Assembly (NCBI GenBank): GCA_965662575.1
Contig: CBFIHN010000002.1
Location: 7,087 to 71,086 of the forward strand
Origin: Gammaproteobacteria bacterium
GTDB taxonomy: Bacteria; Pseudomonadota; Gammaproteobacteria; Francisellales; CACEW01
DNA length: 64,000 bases
Direction: 5' to 3'
Shown: piece by piece, positions 29,626-39,900 of the stretch
Numbering within the stretch: position 1 is the stretch's first letter
Layout: each line of letters starts with the position of its first letter
Translations under genes and position numbers: made by a program
The notes under the pieces: model-generated
Databases searched by the model: none
Told to the model about the DNA's origin: nothing
What the model saw: the letters and a program-made list of their open reading frames with translations, nothing else

Positions 29626-29799
29626 ATGCAAGACTATAAGCAGTATATGTGCGTTATTTGTGGTTTGATCTACAACGAAGAAGACGGTTGGCCAGATGAC
29701 GGTATTGCTCCGGGTACTCGCTGGGAAGATGTTCCATTGACTTGGATTTGCCCAGATTGCGGTGCGACCAAAGATGATTTTGAAATGATTGAGCTTTGA
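29626..29799 (+). CDS. Rubredoxin
   Basis: [38 protein letters not shown], with two CxxC pairs. ATG at 29626 is preferred to the TTG at 29614. Confidence 0.9.
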   Translation: MQDYKQYMCVICGLIYNEEDGWPDDGIAPGTRWEDVPLTWICPDCGATKDDFEMIEL

Positions 29800-30003
29800 T
29801 CGTTACTGCCCTGCCCTGAATCAATTCAAATTTTTAATCCCTTCGTGATATATCCCCTGGCGCTTGCGGCGTTAAAGCCATAGTTGCTAACACCATTCAG
29901 AAAACCCTGCTGGGCTTGCAAAGTCGAGCGGAGTGCGTGCCCCGGAGTTATTCATTCCCGCCTACGTGGTTAACAACAGGCACTCAATTCCTTAGTTATT
30001 TAA

Positions 30004-30048
30004 TCAGCTGATATCTAATAAATAAAAATTTATTCACCTGATATCAGT
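30004..30048. promoter_or_regulatory. Pair of 10-bp perfect palindromes (ATCAGCTGAT, CTGATATCAG) sharing CTGATATC and flanking an AT palindrome
   Basis: Read directly, about 140-180 nt upstream of the giant ORF. Any operator function is inferred only. Confidence 0.25.
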
Positions 30049-30186
30049 CGGTCATGACCTAAGTGTTATTTTTAAGACATTTTTGCAGATTTATTGGTTA
30101 GAATGAGATATCGCTAGTATCTTTTAGTTCTCAGTTAGTGGGCAAAAAGTTCTGGGCAAAAGGAATCCAAGCCAAGGAGGTGGTAG

Positions 30187-33100
30187 GTGTTTGATGAGCT
30201 TAAAAACATAGATGTCGAATTAAAAAACGCGAAACCAACAGGTAATCCGGCAACTGATGACCAAATCGAGCTATTTGCAAGAATTTGTCAAGCGTATATT
30301 TCGCTCAAACAAGATAAAAATATTGCACTGAATAACAATATCATTACGCTCTATGGGCAAGAAATTAGCATTGATGGATGTAGTCCTTTTATTGCATATT
30401 TGGTGGCAGATGTTGTTCTGTATAAGGATGGATATTTAAATAAACAATATGAAGTTTTTTTCGATAGTATTAATGGATACAGTGAAGCATTAAGTAGTGA
30501 AAATTTACAATCTGTTTTAGACAATCTCTCAGAGTTAGAAAAATATAACAATAAAAATGAACAGTTAAAAATAACAATTGAGCTGCTTACACAAGATGTA
30601 CATGAGCTTAACCATGCTAACCAAAAAGCACGTTCTAATCTCAATAAATTTTTGCAAGAATTAGACAGTTCGCTAGGACAGGAGGCCCATAATCTAGAAG
30701 ATTATTCTATTGAGGATGTAGAACAAAATATTCAAGCAAGAATTTTCCAAGTGCAGGAGATAAGAAAATTCTACAATTCACACAAAAATAATTTTTTAGA
30801 AGGAGAAAAACAAGAGATTATAACTGAGGAGGAAGAACGAATAAGAGAGCTAGAGGAATCTCTTGAAGGTCTAGAATTAAATCTTGATAGTTATAAAAAA
30901 ATAGTCGATGACCAAGATAAATCAAAACAAGAAAACGATAAAAAAATCGAAAGCTTATACGAAGAAATAATAGCTTTTGATAAGCTTTTAGAAAGTGAAC
31001 GCACGAAATCCGAGGAATATCAAAAACATAATAAAGAATTAAGAGAATTTATCGGTCAAAAAGATAAGGATCAGAAGAGTCTGCAGCATGAAATTGATAC
31101 TTTTAAACAATGGTTAGATTCTGAGATTAAAATATGCCAAAAAGCGCTACAAGACAACGTTGACAATACACAAAAAGTTGAAGCAGAGTCGACTACGGAT
31201 AATTCTCTGAAGAGCAGTCATAAACAGCTATCCAGGATGCTACAAGCGATACAATGCCAAATGGCTGCTCTACGAGAAGAAAATATGGCACTCAGGCTGT
31301 CAAACGATATGGTGTCCGGTCAGTTTGATTACGGCAACAATGACTGTCTAGATTTCGACAAGTTCTTGCCGGATCCAAAACAATCCACAAAAAATATTCA
31401 ACTGCTCAAGGATACTTATCAGAAGCACAATGCAGCGAATGATAAATTAGAAGAGAAAAAACTTGCGTTTGATAGTGTCAGTACGGATGCAACTAATAGT
31501 GATCTGATTGATTCATATACGAATGATCTCGAAGAAATTAACAACGTAGTTGACTTCTCTGCTGTGCCAAAATTGGACAATATAGTTGATTTTACTCAGC
31601 AAATTGATTACGAAATTCAGTTCATAGATGAACAGGCTAACAATTATGAAGAATATGCAAAACTTATTGAAGACGCTAAAAAAAATACAGTCAGTCGAGA
31701 TAATCAAGTCAGTAAGAAGCCTAGCAGAAAAAATAAGAGTGAAGAGTCTAATAATAGTGATAATGTCAATCGTGAATTTGATAACATTGTTGTCGAAATA
31801 AAAAAAGATGCGAGAAGCTTTCAACAATTTAAGGAAAAGTATCAGCAACTAAGTGAAGATGCCAAACTTTTAAACGTATTAAATACAACGCTTAGTGACG
31901 AGTCGAAAAAATATCAACGTTCAATCGGGCATTTGCAGAGGCTCAATAACCGGTTGCTTAAAGAAATTAAGCAATCTAAAGAATTAAACACCCAGCAGCT
32001 TAGTTCTCTCCAAAATGAAATTAAAAAAAATAACCAAAATATTGAGAGATTTAAATCAACCATTCAAGATCTCAATAAGGAAATTAAAGATAATCAAGTT
32101 CGTTTTGAAGAGAAAAATTTGCAGAATCAGGGCAAAATTTCTAATTTAGAAGCGCTAACTATAAAACTTGAGGCGTTGAATAGAGAAAATCAAAGTAAAA
32201 TTGAAAGCAGCAAACAATTAATTAACGAGCTAAATGCAAAGAATACTGATTTAGAGAATCTTCTATCGGCTCAGGTGGTTATTAATAAAAATTTGGATGA
32301 ACAGATTCAATCACTAGCAGAAGAACTTAATAAGAGCACAAGTGATAATAAAGGGCTTTCGAACACAATTGACCAACTCAAGACGCATAATAATCAGCAA
32401 AAACAAACTATTGGTGATATGAAGAATGAGCTTCAACAAGCAAAAAAGAAAATTGATCAATTAACCATATATAAAGATTTGTATGAAAAGGAAAGGGAAA
32501 ATAACTTGGAGTTATTTAGGCTAAATAACCAGTTAAACCATCAGTTGTCCCGTGCTAACAAACATTTAACAGACCTACAGAGAAAGGTTAAGAATTTAGA
32601 ATCATATCAGAGATCCGTAAGCCGGGAAAATAAAGCGGTTATCCAGCAGTTAAAGGAAAAATCTGAGCAAGAGCAAGCCAAAGTCAATGAGATGCAGTTA
32701 GCATTGAAAAAGAATCAGCAATTGATCGCTGAAAACAATCAGATCAAACCACAGCTCAAGACGCTTGCAGATAAAGTGAATGAATTGGAAAACAATGCAG
32801 TTTTAACTCAGGGAACGATTAAGCACTATCAAGAACTCAATCAATCACTAAATGCTGAGAATGATAGGCTTAAGTCTCAGGTAGACAATTTAAGTGATAA
32901 TAATTATGAATTGTTAAATGAAATTTATGAGAAAGAGTCGAAGATAAGCGATTTAACTGAGAAAACTGATGACCTAAATATGAAGCTTGGGAACACTTTG
33001 ACTCAGAATAAAGAATTAGTTAAGGAAAATCAAAAGTTAAAAAACAATCTTAGCCAATGTGAAGGTGAGTTAGAGCTCTATAAATGTTTAGTTGAGAGTT

Positions 33101-36100
33101 ATGAAAAGGAGCTAAAGGATAATAATTTCGCATCTGAGAAGAAAAAACAATTTTGGTCTGATGAGTTTTCATGTCAGTTGCAAGAAAATATTCAGTTAAT
33201 GTCTCAAAATGCTGAATTATTCAAGAGCCGTGAAAATCTGTTAATGAATAGTAAGCAGGACGGAAAAACGATCAATAGCCTAAATGCATTAGTTGCTGAA
33301 CAAAAAGAACAACTTGCATTGCTAAAAGACAAAAACACAGACTATAAACGCCTAAATGACATCATTAAGACTCAATCTGAGTCAATTAAAGGTCTAAAAA
33401 ATAAATTTAAAGAAATTCATGCTGAAAATAGTTCATTATCTGTCGTGCATAAACAGACTGTGGCTCAGAATAGTACCCTGAAAAACTCAGTTGATCTTTT
33501 AAATCAGGAAGTGGAACATTTAAAACAATGGCCAGAAATTGAGCAAAAAATTGGTACACTGACTCCAACTTTATTTAAAGCGTTAAAAGAGGTTAGTTTT
33601 GATGCAAGTACTATCGAGCTTTTGGTTGCTCAAGACATTGCACATGATGAGCCTGATGATAGTAATCAGGATGAAAAACCCCCTGTTGAAATAAAAGAAT
33701 ACTTAGCATCGATAAAAGACTACTCTTGGTATAATAATGTATTTAATAAAATCGTTGCTAAATACATCACCACAAAACTAGATCTTAACCAAATCCAAAA
33801 TCTTAGCCAGTTGATAAATGCGAATGATACAAGTGGAGATACGAGCTCTACGACTCTTGGCAGTGAGGGCAACAATACTGATCATAATCAAATTAATCTA
33901 CACAACGATGATTCAGATGAAAATCAAAAATTAAAAGCACTAGCCAATTTGATAAAAGGTGATGATCGGCTTATTGCAGAGGTTCACGAGCGTGCGACTA
34001 TTGATTGTGCGAGTTATCTTAGCTCTGACCGTCAACAGTACGAATATTATGAACAATATTTTCCAAATGGAGTGACTGCATGGCGATGGGTTTTAGGCAT
34101 TACGGCGACATTAACTATAGGCGGTGTTTCTGCAGCTGTTGTCTTAGGTGTATTAAGCGCCATGGGGTATTTTTCCTCCGATGCTGTTGTAGAGCCTATA
34201 TATAAAGCCCCCGAAATCAAACCTGGTGCTAGCTTTATTTTAACTGGAATCTCTGAGGATCCGGACCCCGAAGTTAATCATGGTGATTTGATCTCTGAGT
34301 TTTTAGCTGGCAATGTAATATTTGATAATGATACTGTCACCCTAAAGGGCATAGCGGTCACTGATAATAAAAGTGGCGACGATGGCGCTTACGAATATTC
34401 GTTAGATAGTGGTAATACTTGGGCAGTTCTGCCATCTGATTTAAGAGATAGCAATGCTTTATATTTACCAGCTAATGCGAAACTGCGTTTTATGCCCAAT
34501 GAAAATTACAATGGTACGCCAGGTGCGTTGCTCTTTAGGGCAATTGATAGTAATTACTCCAGTGAGTTAAGCAGTGATCAACTATTTGATGCCAGTCAGA
34601 ATGGCGGAGAAGCTTCTATTTCTGCTGATACAGTGCCGATCAATATTGCCGTTTTAGAAGTCTATGATCAGCCAAAGGTAACTGGATCCAATTTGGATAA
34701 AAATTACCGCGAGGGTAGTGGTCAGCAAAATATCTTTGAGATTGCTAAATTTGATGCGGTTGATCAAAATCAGTCAGTTCTTGAGGCCCAGGTTGGTTTC
34801 TCTGGGGTGACGGATAAAGATAAGCTAGTTATCGGTGACTGTTCATTTGCCTTCGATGCCAGTTCACAACAAGAGTGCAAACTGACTGTTGGTGATACAA
34901 ATTATCAGTTTACTCTTGCAATAGACAGTGTTAATAAGATCTATACGCTTAGCCATGTTGTTAATGAAGAAAGTGTGCCTGCAAGTAGTGATCAATTTCG
35001 CCAGGTATTTAATGCGATTCAATATAAAAATAGTGATGAAAATTTGGAGACAGATCGATTCGTCACATTTAGCTTATTATCCTTTAAAGATAATGGGAAG
35101 GAAAATAATCAAAGCATTTTGTCTGAAGCTGAGCCAATCAAAACACAGTTTACAGTTCAGTATGTTAATAATGCCCCCACAGCCGTAAATGGTAGCAATC
35201 AGGCTGAGTTTTTAGAAAATGGCGAGCCAGTAAAAATATTTAATCAAGACCTCAGTTTGTCTAGTGGTGGTGAATTAAGTCAAACCATATCAACACTGAT
35301 ATTTCGAATTTCTAATGCATCAGAGGCTGATCAATTGTCGCTTGAAAATGGGGTTACTATTGATCTTGGTCAGGATAAAATTAACGTTAATTTTACATAT
35401 CGTGATCATATTTATAGTTATTCACGCTCAAAAAATTTAGGAACTTTAACACTGACTAATAGTGGTAATGCATCCGTTGAGCATATTGAGTCTTTGTTGA
35501 AGAGTTTGAGCTATAAAAATAATTCTAACCATATTTTGCAAAACTATACCTTTTCTATAGCCCTGGATAAGGTTCAAGATGATGGCGGTACTCAAAATGG
35601 CGGCCTTAATACAACGGAACCTGACGGCTTTACATCTTCTATCTTTGTAAAGGCAGTCAATGATGCGCCTAAAATTGAAATTAATGATCAAAGTCATGTT
35701 TCTGTTGATACTCAGGAGCCTGGGCAAAAAATTAAAGCGGTGACGTTCACAATGAGTAGTAGTGTTATTCGTCCATCGCCAGAAGGTGTTTTAACAATTG
35801 ATAATAACCGTATTGATTTGGCACAAGCTGAAAGTTTCCCTCCTGGTTTTTCAGTCACTACCAATGGTGACAATAGTAAAACCATCACCTATGAACCCAG
35901 TACGCCGATGACAGTGCAAAAGGCAGAAAACATTATTAATGGCATGCAATATAGCTATGTTGACGATAATGATAGTGCTCGGAATGTGACGTATAAAGAT
36001 AAATTGACAGTTAGTGTTTCTGAGGCAGAGGTAACAGAAAATGCAAATTCTAGTGCGATCAGTTTGGGCTTTAAAAGTGGTTATTATCAGTGGGATATTT

Positions 36101-36675
36101 CCCCTGAGGTTCAGCACTCACTCTCTGGCTCTGCAGTGACAGTGACGTTTGATAGGCCAGACAATTTAAGTGTGCTGGATCCATCGAGATGCGGCTATAG
36201 CAAAGATAATGGCGATTTAATTCCTTTTACTGAAAATCAATTAGAGCAGGGAAGATTTAGTTTGTCCCTTGAACAAGACACAACGGTTAAAGTAGTCTTA
36301 GAGTTGAATCAAGAGAATACCGATCCAAATAGTCCACAAGGATCTTACTCTCCTAATGAGCTTTCATGTTTTGTTCCGTCGGGTTTTGGTGGCACTTATA
36401 ATTGTCACGAGATAAGCCATGGTGGTTCGCGACAATTATTTGAGATAGGCTTGTCTAATAACATGATGTCACCTAACACGGTGCTGATGCTTGCCTCGGC
36501 AACTTCCATGGGGATAAGCCCACTTGCACTGCCGATTTTTGGTCTTGGTATTTGGTTTTATTACAAACACTATCATAGGCAACAGAATCATGGGACTTCT
36601 TATGAAAATTCGAATACTTTTATGAATATTGAGGAACTGAATAATCCTGAAAATGAAGTACATATAGTTGACTGA
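30187..36675 (+). CDS. Giant (2162 aa) bitopic protein: about 1300-aa coiled coil, TM, about 770-aa cadherin-like (VNDAP-type) module region, TM, acidic tail
   Basis: GTG start 7 nt after AAGGAGG, and a single uninterrupted 6.5-kb frame. TM1 WRWVLGITATLTIGGVSAAVVLGVLSAMGYF (nt about 34081-34170). TM2 VLMLASATSMGISPLALPIFGLGIWFYY (nt about 36481-36565). Module signatures GIAVTD..YEYSLDSGNTW..RFMPNENYNGTPG, VNNAPTA and VNDAPKI. Confidence 0.8.
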   Translation: MFDELKNIDVELKNAKPTGNPATDDQIELFARICQAYISLKQDKNIALNNNIITLYGQEISIDGCSPFIAYLVADVVLYKDGYLNKQYEVFFDSINGYSEALSSENLQSVLDNLSELEKYNNKNEQLKITIELLTQDVHELNHANQKARSNLNKFLQELDSSLGQEAHNLEDYSIEDVEQNIQARIFQVQEIRKFYNSHKNNFLEGEKQEIITEEEERIRELEESLEGLELNLDSYKKIVDDQDKSKQENDKKIESLYEEIIAFDKLLESERTKSEEYQKHNKELREFIGQKDKDQKSLQHEIDTFKQWLDSEIKICQKALQDNVDNTQKVEAESTTDNSLKSSHKQLSRMLQAIQCQMAALREENMALRLSNDMVSGQFDYGNNDCLDFDKFLPDPKQSTKNIQLLKDTYQKHNAANDKLEEKKLAFDSVSTDATNSDLIDSYTNDLEEINNVVDFSAVPKLDNIVDFTQQIDYEIQFIDEQANNYEEYAKLIEDAKKNTVSRDNQVSKKPSRKNKSEESNNSDNVNREFDNIVVEIKKDARSFQQFKEKYQQLSEDAKLLNVLNTTLSDESKKYQRSIGHLQRLNNRLLKEIKQSKELNTQQLSSLQNEIKKNNQNIERFKSTIQDLNKEIKDNQVRFEEKNLQNQGKISNLEALTIKLEALNRENQSKIESSKQLINELNAKNTDLENLLSAQVVINKNLDEQIQSLAEELNKSTSDNKGLSNTIDQLKTHNNQQKQTIGDMKNELQQAKKKIDQLTIYKDLYEKERENNLELFRLNNQLNHQLSRANKHLTDLQRKVKNLESYQRSVSRENKAVIQQLKEKSEQEQAKVNEMQLALKKNQQLIAENNQIKPQLKTLADKVNELENNAVLTQGTIKHYQELNQSLNAENDRLKSQVDNLSDNNYELLNEIYEKESKISDLTEKTDDLNMKLGNTLTQNKELVKENQKLKNNLSQCEGELELYKCLVESYEKELKDNNFASEKKKQFWSDEFSCQLQENIQLMSQNAELFKSRENLLMNSKQDGKTINSLNALVAEQKEQLALLKDKNTDYKRLNDIIKTQSESIKGLKNKFKEIHAENSSLSVVHKQTVAQNSTLKNSVDLLNQEVEHLKQWPEIEQKIGTLTPTLFKALKEVSFDASTIELLVAQDIAHDEPDDSNQDEKPPVEIKEYLASIKDYSWYNNVFNKIVAKYITTKLDLNQIQNLSQLINANDTSGDTSSTTLGSEGNNTDHNQINLHNDDSDENQKLKALANLIKGDDRLIAEVHERATIDCASYLSSDRQQYEYYEQYFPNGVTAWRWVLGITATLTIGGVSAAVVLGVLSAMGYFSSDAVVEPIYKAPEIKPGASFILTGISEDPDPEVNHGDLISEFLAGNVIFDNDTVTLKGIAVTDNKSGDDGAYEYSLDSGNTWAVLPSDLRDSNALYLPANAKLRFMPNENYNGTPGALLFRAIDSNYSSELSSDQLFDASQNGGEASISADTVPINIAVLEVYDQPKVTGSNLDKNYREGSGQQNIFEIAKFDAVDQNQSVLEAQVGFSGVTDKDKLVIGDCSFAFDASSQQECKLTVGDTNYQFTLAIDSVNKIYTLSHVVNEESVPASSDQFRQVFNAIQYKNSDENLETDRFVTFSLLSFKDNGKENNQSILSEAEPIKTQFTVQYVNNAPTAVNGSNQAEFLENGEPVKIFNQDLSLSSGGELSQTISTLIFRISNASEADQLSLENGVTIDLGQDKINVNFTYRDHIYSYSRSKNLGTLTLTNSGNASVEHIESLLKSLSYKNNSNHILQNYTFSIALDKVQDDGGTQNGGLNTTEPDGFTSSIFVKAVNDAPKIEINDQSHVSVDTQEPGQKIKAVTFTMSSSVIRPSPEGVLTIDNNRIDLAQAESFPPGFSVTTNGDNSKTITYEPSTPMTVQKAENIINGMQYSYVDDNDSARNVTYKDKLTVSVSEAEVTENANSSAISLGFKSGYYQWDISPEVQHSLSGSAVTVTFDRPDNLSVLDPSRCGYSKDNGDLIPFTENQLEQGRFSLSLEQDTTVKVVLELNQENTDPNSPQGSYSPNELSCFVPSGFGGTYNCHEISHGGSRQLFEIGLSNNMMSPNTVLMLASATSMGISPLALPIFGLGIWFYYKHYHRQQNHGTSYENSNTFMNIEELNNPENEVHIVD

Positions 36676-36948
36676 GTTTAGTTTGAGCTGATATTTCTTA
36701 TCTAAGCTTTTTTCTATACTAAAAAAATGATTTTAGGTCTAGATAATGGCGAGAATTAGGGCTAGGATAAATGAGTAAACTAGGTAAACAGTCTGTGGAA
36801 GTATTGGGTGTTTGTGAGTGAAAATTAGAACTTTTAGTTTGTCTTAGTCTCTTCGTCACATCATCTCTGTTTTGCCTAGCCATTACTCTGATGAAGTTTT
36901 TTGAGTTTTTGCCTTCATTAGGGGCTGCATACAATTAGGAGATCCAGG

Positions 36949-39900
36949 ATGGATAATAGGAAGCAGGGACGTTTTCCGTATCAAAAAATTTGTTTCAATA
37001 TATCATTGGCAGTGGCTACTGCATTGTTATCTGCTTGTGGCGGCGGTGGCAGTAGCTCTTCACCACAGCCTGTGCCACCAGTTGGACCTGTCGCTAAACT
37101 GGAAGTTTCTAGTAATAATCAGGTTGCTTTAGGTGATAGCATGGATGTCCATGTTAAACTGCAGCCCTTGTTAATGAGTTTTCACCTTGGTGCGCAAACA
37201 TCGCCAGAATCTGCTGCAACGAATCTTAAATTTAATTTTGTTAGCCCCGCTGATGCCAATGATTTTGTGGTGACGAAAAGTATCAGCTGTAACCGGTTTA
37301 CACCAAACCAAGCTTGCACAATTACTTTGGCAGCTAAAGATTCTGCTTATCAAAGCTTGGCTAATTCTTTAGTGCAATATCAAGTGCAGGCCACTGTCGA
37401 TGGTATTGTACAAAAGTCGACGGTACAAACCCTTCGAGTGAATGCATTATCATTGCATGCAGATCGTGATACTGTCGCTAGTGGTGATGCGAACACGGTC
37501 ACAGTCAGTAATATAACGGGTAAAGCAATAGATTTAAGTAAAGCACAGTTTACTTTGGCTCAGGCTGATCAAGCTGATGGTGCTGCTGTTCATATTTTTG
37601 ATAATCAGTGTGTAAAGTTACTGCCGAATAATGCGCAATGTACCTTCAAGCTCCAAGCAAGTAATGATGCGCCAACCCAAGATGTTTCTTATCAAATTAA
37701 TGCCAATGATGATAAGTTGGCAGAGGGTGCGGTGTCGGTTGTTAGGCCTGAGCTTGCATTTAGCTCGTTGGAGCCGAGTCAGACAGAGTCTATCCCCAAT
37801 CAGGACTTTAGCTTGTTAGTGACCAATAATTCATCTGTTACTGCGCAAAAAGTCTCAGCAACGCTTACGTCAGAGTCGGGACTTAACCATGGTGAAGCTC
37901 TAGATGTTGTCAAAAATGACTGCGATGGTATTAATCTATCTGCAGGTAATAGCTGTGAAATCATTTATAGGCCAACTAATGAGACGATTGCAACAGATAT
38001 TATGGTAACGGCGGCTAATGCTGATTCAGCACAGGAAAAAATTACGAATCGTAAGAGTATGTTGTCACTAGCTGTTGATCCAAGTACTGTCACTATCACC
38101 GATGGCATTGCTCATGATATTAAAGTCACGGTTAACAATAATGGTGCTAATACTCAGCCTATAGCGATTGATGCGCCAATATTAGGCCAGCCAGTTGCCA
38201 AAGATTCAAATTGCGGTAACATTTTGGGTGCTGGAAAAAGTTGTGTTAACACTTATCAGTTTACAGGGCGGGCATCCCAATCTAATCCGATTAAAACAGA
38301 TGTGACACTCAGCAATGGCATGTCTGCAGGCTTGCAAGTTAATCATTATCCAGCATTTTATAGTTTAACCGCGAGTATGCATCCGGTCTCTACATCACTT
38401 GCAAGTCATGTTGGCCGGTTTGTATTGCCCTATAACTATACAGATTCAAGTGGTGTGTCTCACCAAATACTGCTTTTTGCGGGAACACAAGGGCTCTCCA
38501 TATCCCGTGATCAAGGTAAAAATTGGAAAAATTTGACGGCAGCAGATGGTCTCGGTGGTAATGGCATTAATGATATTAAAGTTAATGATAATAGCTTCTA
38601 TGTGGCAACCAATGCAGGAATTAGTGTTTCTACAGATTATGGTAAAACCTGGCATTTCCGCTCAGTTAATGGTGATCAAGTCAATAGTTTAACTTTTTCT
38701 GGCAAGACGATCTATGCGGGGACTGCAGAGGGAAGTGTTGATATTTCTAATGATGGCTACACTTGGGTGCAGCATGATGTTGATGGGGTAAATCAAGGTA
38801 ATCAGGTTTTTCAAGTGGTAGTTAGTGGGGATAAAATTTATGCATTAGCGATCAGGGGGGTATTTGAGTCTTCTGATGGGGGGCTAACTTGGCAGCAGGT
38901 GAATTTGCCAGGCAGCCCAGTAGCGATTCAGATGTCAATGCAAAATAATCACTTATACCTGGCAACAACTTTAGGTATTTATCAGTCGGCAGATCAGGGG
39001 TCAACTTGGCAAATCTCACTGCAAAATAAAGGTTTTGTCTATGACATATTGTTTGATGATAACCATCAACCATTAGCAGCTGCTACAGATACAGGTGCTT
39101 ATTTCTTTACTAGTGGTGACACCAATAACTACCATAAATATGATGCTGGCAGTGGTTTGCCAAGTAGTAAGGTTTATAGTTTGGGTGTTGATTCTACGGG
39201 TTGCTTTTATGCCGCAACCTCTGCAGGCCTAACAAGTCTTCATCATAAAGCAACAACATGGCAGTCATTAGGTGCTGTCAATACGCCCTTTTTGCCGTTA
39301 GATTCAAGTGTTGGCGCATACCCTGGGATAGATAAAAGAATTAACCAAGTAAATGCGTTGTTTGATTATAAAAATCATCTATATGTCTCTACACAATATA
39401 ATGGTATTGGAGTTTCCGATGATGGCGGACAAACTTGGCAGGTTATAACCACTGGGAATGGGCTGCCTTCTGACCAAATCAGGCAGGTGGTTAGTGATAG
39501 TAGCGATAAGCTCTATGCGGCAACCCGTCATGGTTTGGCGGTTTCCAATGATCAGGGACATACTTGGCGGATATTGTCAGGGGATAGTTTGTTTAGTGTT
39601 TATGCTCAAGGTCAGAATATAGTTGTTGGCATTGTCAATGGTGGGATTAAGTTTTCAGAAGATGCAGGTGCTACTTGGCAAGAGGCACAAGGTGTTGCAG
39701 CAAGAAGTGTTTATGCTTTTGCAAAGTTGGGAAGTACCTTATATGCAGGTATTAATGGCGATGGTGTATATAAATCTTTGGATAATGGTAAGAGCTGGGA
39801 TCAGCTTCCGAGTACCAATAGTTTTGGTTCGATTAATGCCCTTACTGTGTCTGGTAGTATGTTATATGCCGGTGGTCAAAAAGGGCTATTTGAGTCACAA

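Noticed and set aside
29840-29990. GC-richer ORF-free block after rubredoxin, considered as 6S, SRP or RsmY/Z-type sRNA or a pseudogene
   Set aside because: I could not align it to the 6S, 4.5S or tmRNA sequences I remember. It has no GacA-box and no convincing closing stem, and all six frames have early stops. It remains an unexplained leader.
36719-36934. 71-aa minus-strand ORF between the giant gene and the BNR lipoprotein
   Set aside because: It has no RBS, a low-complexity product, and sits antisense in an intergenic leader.
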